A stretch of 63,893 nt of DNA, the filler included, from Octopus bimaculoides (taxonomy: Eukaryota), in assembly GCF_001194135.2 (NCBI RefSeq). It is 5 parts of 4 records of this genome, joined end to end, with 100 filler letters (N's around TTAATTAATTAA, not from the genome) between each part and the next. Parts side by side here need not be neighbours in the genome. Positions count along the whole stretch, not along the records: positions 1 to 19,386 come from NC_068990.1; 4 more parts are not named here. One strand, written 5' to 3'. The notes under the pieces were generated by a model, which saw only the letters and a program-made list of their open reading frames with translations, had not been told where the DNA came from and did not search any database. Numbering within the stretch: the first letter of the stretch is position 1; each line of letters starts with the position of its first letter. This document shows, piece after piece, positions 1 to 10,802 of the stretch. The translations under genes and the position numbers were made by a program.

Positions 1-584
1 GTGCTACCATTTCTGCCAGCTCGTCGCCTGAATAAATAATACTAACAACACGAAAGACTGTTACTCATAGACACAGACTCATGGTCTCACCGTCGCACAC
101 ACCAAGCACGCGTATATGCACGCGCCTACCCGCTCTCGCGCGCATACACTCCATACACAGACAAACACATACACTCTCTCTCTCACGCAGCCAGGCGCAC
201 ACGCACCGACACACTTATTGTCCGTCTGTCTCTGACTTACTTCATGACTGGTAGAAGTTGGTATTTTAATTTAAAGAACAGACATCAGAATAAAGAAAAA
301 ACATTACTGTTTGATTTAAAGCGTTCCTCAAAAGTAGTAATTCTCCAAGAGGAATAGATTTTTCTCTCTGGGGTTTTGCGATAAAAATTCGCATAATTTG
401 CGGGTAAACTACGTCTTACCTGTTCGTAAGTGTTACAATCGTCAAAGCTTCTTAGCGGTACGTACCTTCAAAATCATACGCCCTTTGCACGCGGGTAATG
501 AAAGCTACATCGGTTATCAAATGGCTGGGGACAAATACCCACACACACACATGCATATGTATGTGCATTGTGCAGCTCGTGATC

Positions 585-652
585 ATCATGCTGTGGGTTC
601 AATTCCTGGATCAAGCAGCGCGACGTGTCCTTGCGCAAAGCGCTTTACTTCA
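585..652 (+). mobile_element. tRNA-derived SINE head fragment (B-box plus CORE-like CCTTGNGCAA block)
   Basis: GGGTTCAATTCC B-box followed by GTGTCCTTGCGCAAAGCGCTTTA, similar to the head of the family E copy at 61645-61938. Confidence 0.55.
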
Positions 653-1726
653 CATTACTCCACTTTCTCTCTCTCTCTCTCTCTCTTCCTCCCTCCTCTC
701 TCTCTTCCTCCCTTCACTCTCTCCCCATCTCCTTCCTCAGTCAGCCGCTAGAAGGCAGTGATGTCGCGCTACTTTATCCTTCAAATCCTCCAAGACACAT
801 TGAATATGGAAGTTCGTCATATTAAAACGTGGTGGTCATGGTTGGAGTTTTTCATTATAGCTTTACTCAGTTAGAGCTGATTAGCAACAAAACAGCAAAT
901 ACCTGGAAGGTAATCAATACTTTTAGAAATAGTTTTTTTTTAATCATTAATGTCTGTGTATTGGCTTTAAGCTCATAAATCGTGCGCTGACAACCCTCTA
1001 CCGTAACCCTACTCCCTAAACTTGTTTCTACTGGACCAGGCCCTCGGCAAAAAGCGTGCTGGCGTGTGAAAACTGACTCAGCATGTCTTTGCTTCTGTTT
1101 CTCTGTTTTTTTTTTCTTGTTTCTTAAACTTTTCGTAAGCTGAATTATAGTTTCGCGTACGCGACTCGAACCCCCACCCCCAAAAAGTTTATATTCCTCT
1201 CATACTAATTTAACCAGTCAACCGTATATTTTGTGTTGTTTAACTCGACTGTTCCTCTGGTTATGCTTGACATCATTTTCTCACCCTTTATGATGACTCA
1301 ACAATGCAAACAAAGGAATTCTTCAAGAAAAAAAAAGAAGACAAAAGATAGGAGTTATGGAATGTTGTAATAGACTGAAGATAGATATCATCAGATCGGA
1401 CAGATTTGCCTAATAAAAACCCTTCGATTATGGGCCACGTTCCAAATATTCGTCTTTGTTTCATAGGACAAACACGTTTAAGATCTCAACCCAACGTGTG
1501 AAGTATCTAGGTAGGTACACGACCTGCTGGAAATAGCAGCCAAAACTCGTTCAAATCATACAAGTCCAATGTTTTAGATAAGAGGACACATTGAATTATG
1601 TTAGTCCATTGAATAATTAAGACGTGATGGTCACGGCTGGAATGCTATTCGTTATAGGTTTGCTCAAAGTTGATCTGGAACTGAACAACAAACAAAATAT
1701 CTCGATGTTATTATTACTATTATTAT

Positions 1727-1957
1727 TGTTCAGGTCACTGCTTGGATTTGAACTCGGAATCTTGGGGTTAGTAGCCCGTGCTCTTAACCACTACGTCATA
1801 TGCCCTGGACATATGGCGTAGTGGTTAAGAGCGTGGGCTACTAACCCCAAGATTCCAAGTTCGATTCCAAGCAGTGATGGGCATATGGCGTAGTGGTTAA
1901 GAGCACGGGCTACTAACCCCAAGATTCCAAGTTCGATTCCAAGCAGTGACCTGAACA
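1727..1957. repeat. Three tRNA-derived (pseudo-tRNA/SINE-head) units: one on minus (1727-1805), two on plus (1807-1877, 1879-1957)
   Basis: Each unit has A-box TGGCGTAGTGG, loop CT-ACT-AA and B-box AGTTCGATTCC. Acceptor and T stems do not pair, so these are not functional tRNAs. Confidence 0.75.
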
Positions 1958-2552
1958 ATAACAAAACAAAATATCTATGTTGTTGTTGTTTAGTCTCAGG
2001 TCAGCCCTGATCTAAACCATTCTAGCTTTAACTGTCTTGTTTGGTTTTGTACATAAAGGACTACATTATGAGTCCTGTGTGCCCTTCCATTTCTAATCAA
2101 GGAATAACTATTTGATAAAGATTTGACTGTTATATCTAACATGTCAATAGATTGTATAGAGAGGCTCCCTCGCTGGCTCGTCCGTTCTGTGTATTGTAAT
2201 GTTGGTGTCGTTGTTTAGACCCAGGTGAACTCTAGTAGGCAAACCTTGGATTAGCAAATGTAAGCAGGTTGCACATCTGTTTATGATGTTAATTACTGTT
2301 AATTTTGTTAAAATGTCGAAATTGATTAAAACAAAAGTAATTTCTGGTTATAAAGGTCATGACACCAAATGTGATCGGAGTTTGTTATTAGTTGTTGGTT
2401 TTGATATTGTTTTCTGGAGATAGTTGCTTTGTATAATTTAACAAACAAAACTAATCAAAATAGTTGCGATGAAATACCCATGTCAACACTGTGCACGCGC
2501 ATGCATATATCACAGCCTACAGTATGTTAAGGTCAGCTATATACTCTCTCCT

Positions 2553-2965
2553 CAGAAACGTTAGAACGCCGGGCGAAATGCTGAGCGGTATTTCGTCTGC
2601 CGTTTCGTTCTGAGTTCAAATTCCGCCGAGGTCGACTTTGCCTTTAATCCTTTCGGGGTCGATAAATTAAGTACCAATTGCGTACTGGGGTCGATCTAAT
2701 CAACTTAATCCGTTTGTCTGTCCTTGTTTGTCCCCATGTGTTTGGCCCCTTGTGGGCAATACAGAAATAAGAAACGTTAGCACACCGGGCGAAATGCTTA
2801 GCGGTATTTCGTCTGTCTTTATGTTCTGAGTTCAAATTCCGCCGAAGTCGACTTTTCCTTTCATCCTTTCGGAGTCGATAAATTAAGTACCAGTTGCGTA
2901 CTGGGGTCGATCTAATCGACTTGCCCCCTCAAAAATCTCGGGTCTTGTGCCTAGAATGGAAAAGT
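2553..2965 (+). mobile_element. SINE family A dimer (two head-to-tail copies with different 3' tails)
   Basis: The block GAAACGTTAG..GCCGGGCGAAATGCT..GAGTTCAAATTCCGCCGA(G/A)GTCGACTTT.CCTTT..ATCCTTTCGG.GTCGATAAATTAAGTACCA occurs twice. Confidence 0.9.
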
Positions 2966-3000
2966 ATATACTCTCTCCTCTCCGTTCTTTCTGTTTCTGC

Positions 3001-3033
<33 letters not shown>

Positions 3034-3574
3034 CACACACACACACGTAGACACACTCATAAATATATGTTAAAACAAACTCAGTAAACTTCGATCATCT
3101 TAGATTATCCAAACAATTATTTGATAACAGTCCCTCCAGGATTGTTTAACAACAAAGGCGATAAATCTAAGATAAGAAGTATATCTCCATCTTGCTGTTC
3201 ATGGTTAGCAGATTTGGTTGACTTAAATGGAAGAATGGTTGAGGAAGAGCTCAGAATAAATATTTAAATGTACAATACTTGTTCGGTTTATATAATGATT
3301 CTAGTTTCACACGGGAACAAAATTTCTGGTCGTTATATTCCGTGTATCCAAACTTTTTTATTTATCATATTCTACGTGTGTATATTCTCAACCGCTATTC
3401 TTGATCAGTATATATATTGTGCATATAAATTCTGTTTGAATTCTTGCATGTATGTATATGCATTCTTAGTCGTTGTCATTATACCATTATATAAACTCTA
3501 TGTAAACGCATTCTACGTATACATTCTCACCCACACACACACACACACATTCTCAATCGCCGCTATGTACCCTA

Positions 3575-3830
3575 TACTCTTTACTCTTTTACTTGTTTCA
3601 GTCATTTGACTGCGGCCATGCTGGAGCACCGCCTTTAGTCGAGCAAATCGACCCCCAGGACTTATTCTTTGTAAGCCTAGTACTTATTCTATCGGTCTCT
3701 TTTGCCGAACGGGCTTCTTTCACTGACAAGGCTTTGGTCAACCCGTGGCTATAGTAGAAGACACTTGCCTAAGGTGCCACCCAGTGGGACTGAACCTAGA
3801 ACCATGTGGTTGGTAAGCAAGTTACTTAGC
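3575..3830 (-). mobile_element. SINE family B (tRNA head + CORE-like GCACCTT(A/G)GGCAAGTGTCTT + GGCGGTGCTCCAGCATGGCCGCAGTC tail), internally deleted
   Basis: Reverse complement gives a tRNA-like head with GGTTCAGTCC and the family tail seen at 13628, 14470, 19120, 19935 and 56750. Confidence 0.85.
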
Positions 3831-4782
3831 GTACGAGGAAATTGTATCATTTGTAAGAGGAATTGTCCTGCTACAGGTATCAGGCTTTTTATGCGTTAGA
3901 GTCGAGAGAGCTTTTTTAATTACAAAACGAAGTATAATGGTTGTCCTATTGTGTGGGATTTTGTACAGCGCAAGTTGTCTTCTGGAATACAGTTATGAAT
4001 GGTTCCCGCTTTTCCATTGCGGAATATATTAGAGATCTGTCTGATTCGTTTCCAAACTTAGGAATGTAAATGATATTTCGCGCATGAAGTTTCGTAGTTT
4101 CGTTGCTTAAAGTTTGGTGGTACGGAAATAACACAATTGAATTAGCTAAAGAAAAGCAATAAGTACATAAAATAAACAACCAATGTAGTTATTAGCCACA
4201 AAGTTTTTTGTTTTTTTTCCTACTGGAAACGTTGCAATATTTAAATATCGTACAATGATCACTCATTCATCACGAACAAGTAGTGCTTTTTTTTTGTTTT
4301 TGATATCTTTTATTTTTCCTTCCAGTTTTTTGTGTGTTTGTAAAGGGTAGCTCTTGAAAATAGGAAAATTCTACGTTGAAATCCTGCTTAATAAATGCCA
4401 ACGCGTTTAACTGCCAATTGAAATCTACCACTTACTGTCTACACAAGAGATTCGCGTATAGACGTACCATGTGACTATTAAAAAGAGTGTAGTACAGACT
4501 AGTGCAGACGTCTGCATGACGCATGCTCTTCTGCACAAACATTGACACATTTTTCTGTACACCTGCATCATGTGTAATATTACTGTGTTGCCTGGCAAAT
4601 TAATGAATGAAAATGTTGCTGTTGACTAATTATTTTATTGCCAATGAAAAACAAAAAAAAAATTGACTTTTATACTCAAAATCCTTTACTATTCACAAAA
4701 TCAAAACAATCATTATTTTCTGCACATTTTCTCACCCGTCACCCAAGAGTCGAAGTCATCCACCCGGGGGCAATATTGCCTA

Positions 4783-4797
4783 GGTTGGGAAACCCTG
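4783..4797 (-). mobile_element. Possible hAT (Charlie/Buster-like) terminal inverted repeat
   Basis: Reverse complement reads CAGGGTTTCCCAACC, a typical hAT terminus. No partner end found. Confidence 0.3.
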
Positions 4798-5644
4798 CTA
4801 TAGAGAGATACTCGACCGTTTCTTTGTCTAACACTAAGTAGATGTCCTACGGTGGTACGGTTCACTGTAGAACATCTGCTATGTCTTTCATTTTTAAAGG
4901 CGGTCATGTGTATTGAGAAAGGTTTGACTGCTATTTCTAGCAGATTGAGACCACATTAGAGGCTTTCCTTAGTGCTGTCAGTTATCCCCAAGCGAGCGTC
5001 GAATGAAAAAAACCTACGATCAAAGGTGTTTCTAATCTATTTTAGTTTAGTCCCAGGTCAACCTTCGTTGAAGATGTTGCAGCCGTCATCTTGTTTGCTT
5101 TTTGTACATAAAAAAACTACATTGGGAATTCTGTGTGTCCTTCCCTTTGTAACCAAAGAACAAGATTAGACCCACGATTGTATTTTTTTCTTACAATGAA
5201 AAACTGACAAATCGTAAAACACTGACGTTATTTTCCGATTTTTTCGCCCCAGATTTTTACTGAGGTGTTGCTACAATTGCGCCGTTCTCGTTTTACACAT
5301 ACAAAAAAAACCACTTTTACTTCACATTTCATGTAATGCTGACTCATTGCTCAATCGGTGCAGCAGTGACTAGGATGTATTACATATCGTGACTGCAGCG
5401 TTGTTTTCATAAACAAAAGTATGTTCATGATAAATGAGATCATGTTTATTATAATAGATTGTCCATTTTGCTGATGTCACAGAGGCGCTGATAACGAGTT
5501 CGCTGATATCCTTCCTGCTTTGACGTTTGTTGGTTGTGCAACAACTCATGATTTTATATCTTTAAAATCAATTCCCATCTTCGCATGGCCACACTGAGAA
5601 TTTCAATTTCAAATATAAACTCAACATTAGGCATTTTTTTTTGC

Positions 5645-5995
5645 ATGGCTGGAACGCCTGGCTGGGGATGTAATCTCGCCAGGAAATGTTCATTATAGGG
5701 TGTAGCAGGCGCAACTGGAAATTCGCCAGCTTTTTCATGTACCGACGATACAGTATGTGCATATCTCGGCAGAGTACAGCGTGGAGGATATTACTGCTGT
5801 TCGGTACGCCTTGCATTCCTTCTGTTGTTTCAACGAAGAAACATCCAGCTTTCTCGAAAGTAACAACTGAGACTCTATGTACCAAGCCATCTCCACGTCG
5901 CGGCTGTTATAATGAGAAATCGCTCAGATGCACGTACTTCTTCCCCAGCTTCATGTTCTTTACAAGACTGGCCGAGATGTCGGATAGGATGGTCA
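5645..5995 (-). mobile_element. Decayed RTE-clade LINE, C-terminal part of the RT ORF
   Basis: Frameshifted minus-strand peptides KAYRTAVISSTLYSAEICT / LYRRYMKKLANFQLRLLHPIMNISWRDYIP match the RTE motif [49 protein letters not shown]. Confidence 0.8.
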
Positions 5996-6281
5996 CTTCG
6001 CGCACTGAGGTCAAATCCCACCGAGATCAGCTCTGCCTTTCATCGTACCTGGATAGATAAAGTTCAAGTCAAAAGGGGCAATTCTTCTTTTTCCAACTCC
6101 TTTTTTTTTACCTGTCTCTTTCTCATGAAGAAATCGTCTGAGATCAGTCAGGCCTGGAAAACCATTGGCCCCGCAAATCTAAAAGCACAAAAGACACGTC
6201 GTATGTCACGGCAGTGCCCCTACGACTCCAGTAAAGAGCCCATGGCTTATAAAATCGTGTGTGTGTGTGTGCGTGTGTGTG

Positions 6282-6321
<40 letters not shown>

Positions 6322-7519
6322 TGTGCGTGTGCGTGTGTGTGTGAGAGAGAGAGAGATTCCTTTCTCTGATATTTTTGGCTACAGCTGTCATTAGTGTAAA
6401 ACACTTTCAAATAATGTTCACGAAGCTTCTAAACATTAGACTACCGTATCGCTACAACCACCACAACTTCCCCACCCCCATTACCGTCACCATCATGATG
6501 GTGTCGGCGATTATTATTATCGTCATCATCATCATATTTATCATGATCATTATCACAAAACATCCGATGTTTTTATAGAAACCTAGCAATTCTTTCAATT
6601 GCTCTCTCCCTCTTTCTCTTTCTCCTCCCACCTCTTTCGTTCAAGTAGTAACGCACTCGCGCGCGCACACGTTCCCTCTTCTCTCTTGTGATAACGAAAT
6701 GAATTTTCTGAAGAAAATTGACATAAAGCTTTTTCTTTTCTTCTGTTGTTAAGCAATGTAAGTAATTCCATGTGTGTAGTGTTTGTGAGTGCAATTAGAG
6801 AGACAACAGTGGTAACTGGGCTGGAGTGGAACTAGGGGCACGGATTGGGGGCGGGTGGTGGAAGAGCAGCAGGGTCGGGGCGTGGGGAAGAAGAATTAGT
6901 CGCTATATTTCGTGTTTCATTGATGTAGTGGGTGGCTGGAAGCGGGAGGGGGGGGGTTGATCTTGAATCACAGACAGGTTGAGGAAGGCGCCCCCCTTCC
7001 ACTACTATCATTATCGTGACCACTACTCCCATACTGTTAATATCGCCATCGTCATCATCGTCTTCTATTATGGTCGTTTTATCATTATGTTCATCATTAT
7101 GTAGCATCGTCATCAACCTCACCACTTCATCAGCATCGTCTTCGTCGTCATCATCATCATCAACACCCAAAAGACATTCCCTCTTTACAGAACCCAAAGA
7201 AGCCATTATAATATTTATTTAACTTACATATCTCCACCTCAGTTTAGTAGTAGTAATAATAGTAGTACTACTACTTACTACTGCTGCTGCTATTACAGAT
7301 AATCTTACCTTGCATAAGCACATGGTGGGGTGATGGTGGTGGGAGGAGCCTGCTAAAACCACAAGGATTCCAGAGTATTTTATTAATTTTTCGCATAACC
7401 AGGAGTGTGATGCAATAATCAGGACTGTCGTGGGTCCTACGAGAATAAAGGGGTCGGGTGGGGTGCAGCGCTCATGGCGTTCGAAGACTCTGTGGCAGTG
7501 GACGAAGGGACAATATTCA

Positions 7520-7678
7520 TGAATGAGAACCCAGGTTCGAAATTTCCCTAACACACCTGATGAAGGCTGGAGGATATATCAGCCGAAACGTTGTGTTAGC
7601 AACAAACAAGATGAGGATAAATATCCGTCAATTGTAAATAATATATACATAATTCCTCATCTCTTAAATATAGAACTG
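7520..7678 (+). mobile_element. Short Penelope/retrozyme-type repeat carrying a hammerhead motif
   Basis: Contains the hammerhead at 7548-7599 followed by a stem AGATGAGGA...TCCTCATCT. The family assignment is an inference from the hammerhead type. Confidence 0.6.
7548..7599 (+). ncRNA. Minimal type I hammerhead ribozyme
   Basis: Stem I ACAC/GTGT (extendable as CTAACAC/GTGTTAG); core CTGATGA 7557-7563 plus one extra A; stem II GGCTG/CAGCC; GAAA 7585-7588; palindromic stem III AACGTT; predicted cleavage after GUU at 7592. Confidence 0.75.
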
Positions 7679-7879
7679 AAGTGTAAAGTTGTTTGCTTAG
7701 AAGACATTTTTTTCACTCTCTATAAATTTCTCAGTAACACAGAGAAGCATTTGTTATTGTAGTGGAAACTTTTGCTCTTCGTTCAAAAGTTGGATCTTGT
7801 GTTTGAAAAATAAAAGTCGTAAACCCGTGGTCTTGTAAAATGAGATATTACTGTACATAAAATCCTTTAGAAGTAACCT

Positions 7880-8790
7880 GTAAGGAACTTGGAATATTGG
7901 AGAGTGATAAAATTGAATGTCTAGAAATGCAGGAAGGAATCAAAACCATTTCAGGCAGCGATCTGGAAGAGACATTAGCACGCCGGGCGAAATGCTGAGT
8001 GGTATTTCGTCTGTCTTTACATTCTGAGTGCAAATTCTTCCGAACTCGACTTTGGCTTTCATCCTTTCGGGGTCGATAAATTAAGTACCAGTTACGTAAT
8101 CGACTGGCCCTCTCCCCTGCAAAAATGTCGGGTCTTGTGCTTAGAGTAGAAAAGATTATTCTTTTTGCATTTGCCGCCGAGGTCGATTTTTGCCTTTCAT
8201 CCTTTCGGGGTCGATAAATTAAGTACCAGTTGCATACTGAGGTCGATCTAATCGACTGGCCTCCTCCCCCAACATTTCGGGTTTTGTGCCTAGCGTAGAA
8301 AAGAAAAGAATTAAAATCAATTTCGTACTCCAAATTGAACGCCGGAAATATAGCAGCAATCAACTGAAGTTCTGTGTCATTAATAAAGTACGAAGCAGGA
8401 ATCGTTGAATGGAGAAGAAATTAATTGGAGAACATTAATAGAAAGCGGCTTGTAACGCAGAGAAGCATGTACCCCCAGTCGAGTATGGAGCTTGTACATT
8501 GGAAAAGATCAAGAAGAAAGAGTTGGCTAATGAGTGTTGAAGAAGTAATAGGACTAGTAATTCTGGGACTTTATCTTAGAAAAGATAATTTACAAAGATT
8601 ATTAGAAAGGATTATTTACATAGTAGAGTTCAAAGGACAAAAATATCCAGTAAAATATGAGGAAAAAAGCCAAACTTTGAAGTAAGTTCAGTTCAAAAGT
8701 CAGAAGTGATAAGAAATTACAAGGACAGCTGGATTTGGTTATGAGGGGATGAGGATCCATTGGATCAAGAAAATGATAAGCAGGAGTCTG
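7880..8790 (+). mobile_element. Decayed R4/Dong-type (RLE) non-LTR retrotransposon, RT/thumb region, interrupted by SINEs
   Basis: LGILESDKIECLEMQEGIK (YKYLGI.E.D motif), then after the SINEs SKLNAGNIAAIN*SSVSLIKYEAGIVEWRRN*LENINRKRLVTQRSMYPQS, matching R4-clade SKLNGGN.IKAINTWAV.LIRYSAGIVEW...LHPKS. Confidence 0.8.
7966..8305 (+). mobile_element. Two SINE family A copies (second one 5'-truncated)
   Basis: Family A core and CTTGTGC(C/T)TAG.GTAGAAAAG tail occur twice. Confidence 0.9.
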
Positions 8791-9760
8791 AAATCGAAAA
8801 TGTGGAATGTAAGATGATAGACAGGAGACATAGTATAAGAAATGCTCAACGGTATCTCAAAATGAATAAATACAAAACGTGTAAACATGATAACATTAAT
8901 GCAAGAAATACGCTGGAATTTTAACGAGAGTTTGTTTTTCGTGCACACTAAATATCTATGACTATTTTGTGGGAACAGAAATGAAAGGGTTTTTATGAAA
9001 CTAAATCATAAACTACTGAAGTGTTTGTTTGTAAACGAACCGTTGTGTAAATATACTAAAAATACAGTGTTACTCGAGTAGAGAAGCAGAACTACTGAGA
9101 AAACAGGATACGATTCATGGAGATAGCTAGGTCGATAGAATAACATTTAATCTTTTGAACATTAAAATAAAAGCATATTCAGACCTGCGGCAGCAGAAAT
9201 AACAGGAATTGATCGCTAACAATATCTTTGTCATCAACGTTACCGGAGACAACTCCGAGCATGGTTCGCCTTTGTTAAAACTCTTAAGTAGAATTGCAGA
9301 CTCATCGTAAACTACCGAATAATTAACGATCTTTTTTTTTTTTTAAGTTAATTTACAGAAATACATATTCGTTGGCATAAAGCAAAGCATTTTGCTGTAC
9401 ACCTGAACCTGTTGTATGCAGAACTACAGGTGTATTCGCATCTATCAATATAGAGAAAAACGCAGGTGATTATACACAAGGTATGCTCATGTACGGATAC
9501 CCTGGGACTCTATAAACATGAGCGAGTGAAGTTTGGCACAGTTAGTACTGGGTTTTGTGCCAATAAAGTGTAGGGCCCCCCAAAACATAACATATGTTCA
9601 CTCCCATGGCCTGTGGTGAACTTCTAATGATATGCTGGCAGTGATGACAGCAGCAGTAGTAGTAGTAGTAGTAGTAGTTGTTATAATTTGCAATGTTGAT
9701 GGGTGTAGCACTAATTAGTAAGAATACGGAGAAACTGTGGCATTATTGTTAGAACTGTAG

Positions 9761-10645
9761 GGCGGCGAGCTGGCAGAAACGTTGGCACGCCGGGCGAAAT
9801 GCTTAGCGGTATTTCGTCTGCCGTTACGTTATGAGTTCAAACTCCGCCGAGGTCGACTTTACCTTTCATTCTTTCGAGGTCGATTAAATAAGTACCATTT
9901 AGGATCTATTTCAAAACGGGGGCACCAGTTTTCATTTATGTTTTATGTAGTGTTTTTGATACCGAAAGACTTTCAAACTTCGTATACTTATCTATTTTGT
10001 GTTATAGAACAGAAAAAAATTTTTGTATTCGAATTTATTTCATGTAAAAAATTGTCTTATTTCGATAATTTCTACTAATCACTGACGTCTATTCAGTTGA
10101 AAACAGTTAGCGCTGTAACGGTGTATATCGTATTAATCCCCTAACCCTAACTAGACTGTTAACCCTAACCCTAAAACTAACCCTAACTCTAGAATCCGAA
10201 CTCTAAAATTGTTACACACATAGATACGCACAGCGTAATTTATTATATAAACAATATATGCGTATAAATTACGATTAAACCGGATGAAATATGTCACAGG
10301 GAATAACATTTTTATGACCGCCCAGCAGTAACTCTATTCAGCTGAATAGACGTCACTGATTGGTTGAAATTACAGAAATACGACAACTTTAACATGGAAT
10401 AACTTGCGATGTACGTTTTTTTGTTAAGAAGACTAAGAGTAAAAGATGTTTTATATGACACATTCTACCAGTGTCCCAAGTTTCAAAGTGTTTCGTTAGT
10501 GTTTCGTTAAGAAAATACTGGTGCCCCCGTTTTGAAATAGATCCACCATTTACGCACTGGTGTCGATGCAATCGACTTAATCCCATTGTCTGTTCTTGTT
10601 TGTCCCCTCTATGTTTTGCCCACTGTGGGCAATAAAGAAATAAAT
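9761..10645 (+). mobile_element. SINE family A copy split by a MITE (9761-9901 and 10545-10645)
   Basis: Head GGCGGCGAGCTGGCAGAAACG at 9761. The sequence resumes in register after the duplicated ACCATTTA. Confidence 0.9.
9902..10544. mobile_element. Non-autonomous DNA transposon (MITE), 28-bp perfect TIRs, 8-bp TSD, possibly Merlin/IS1016-type
   Basis: TIR GGATCTATTTCAAAACGGGGGCACCAGT at 9902-9929 and its exact reverse complement at 10517-10544; TSD ACCATTTA at 9894-9901 and 10545-10552. Confidence 0.9.
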
Positions 10646-10649
10646 ATTT

Positions 10650-10802
10650 TTCGTTCCGAGTTCAAATACTGCCGAGGTCGACTTTGCCTTTCATCCTTTC
10701 AGAGTCGATAAATTAAGTACCAGTTGCGTACTGGGGTCGATCTAATCGACTGGCCTCTTCCCGACAAATTTCGGGCCTTGTACCTAGAGTAGAAACGATT
10801 AT
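10650..10802 (+). mobile_element. SINE family A, 5'-truncated
   Basis: GAGTTCAAATACTGCCGAGGTCGACTTTGCCTTTCATCC core plus tail. Confidence 0.9.

Noticed and set aside
1807-1957. Functional tRNA-Ser(ACT) genes
   Set aside because: Acceptor and T stems do not pair and the anticodon stem is only 3 bp; kept only as tRNA-derived repeats.
2509-2531. TATCACAGCC matching the 5' end of miR-2 family miRNAs
   Set aside because: The rest diverges and no complementary arm forms a precursor hairpin.
10139-10190. Interstitial telomere or chromosome fusion site
   Set aside because: Only a few degenerate CCCTAA units, and they lie inside a MITE.
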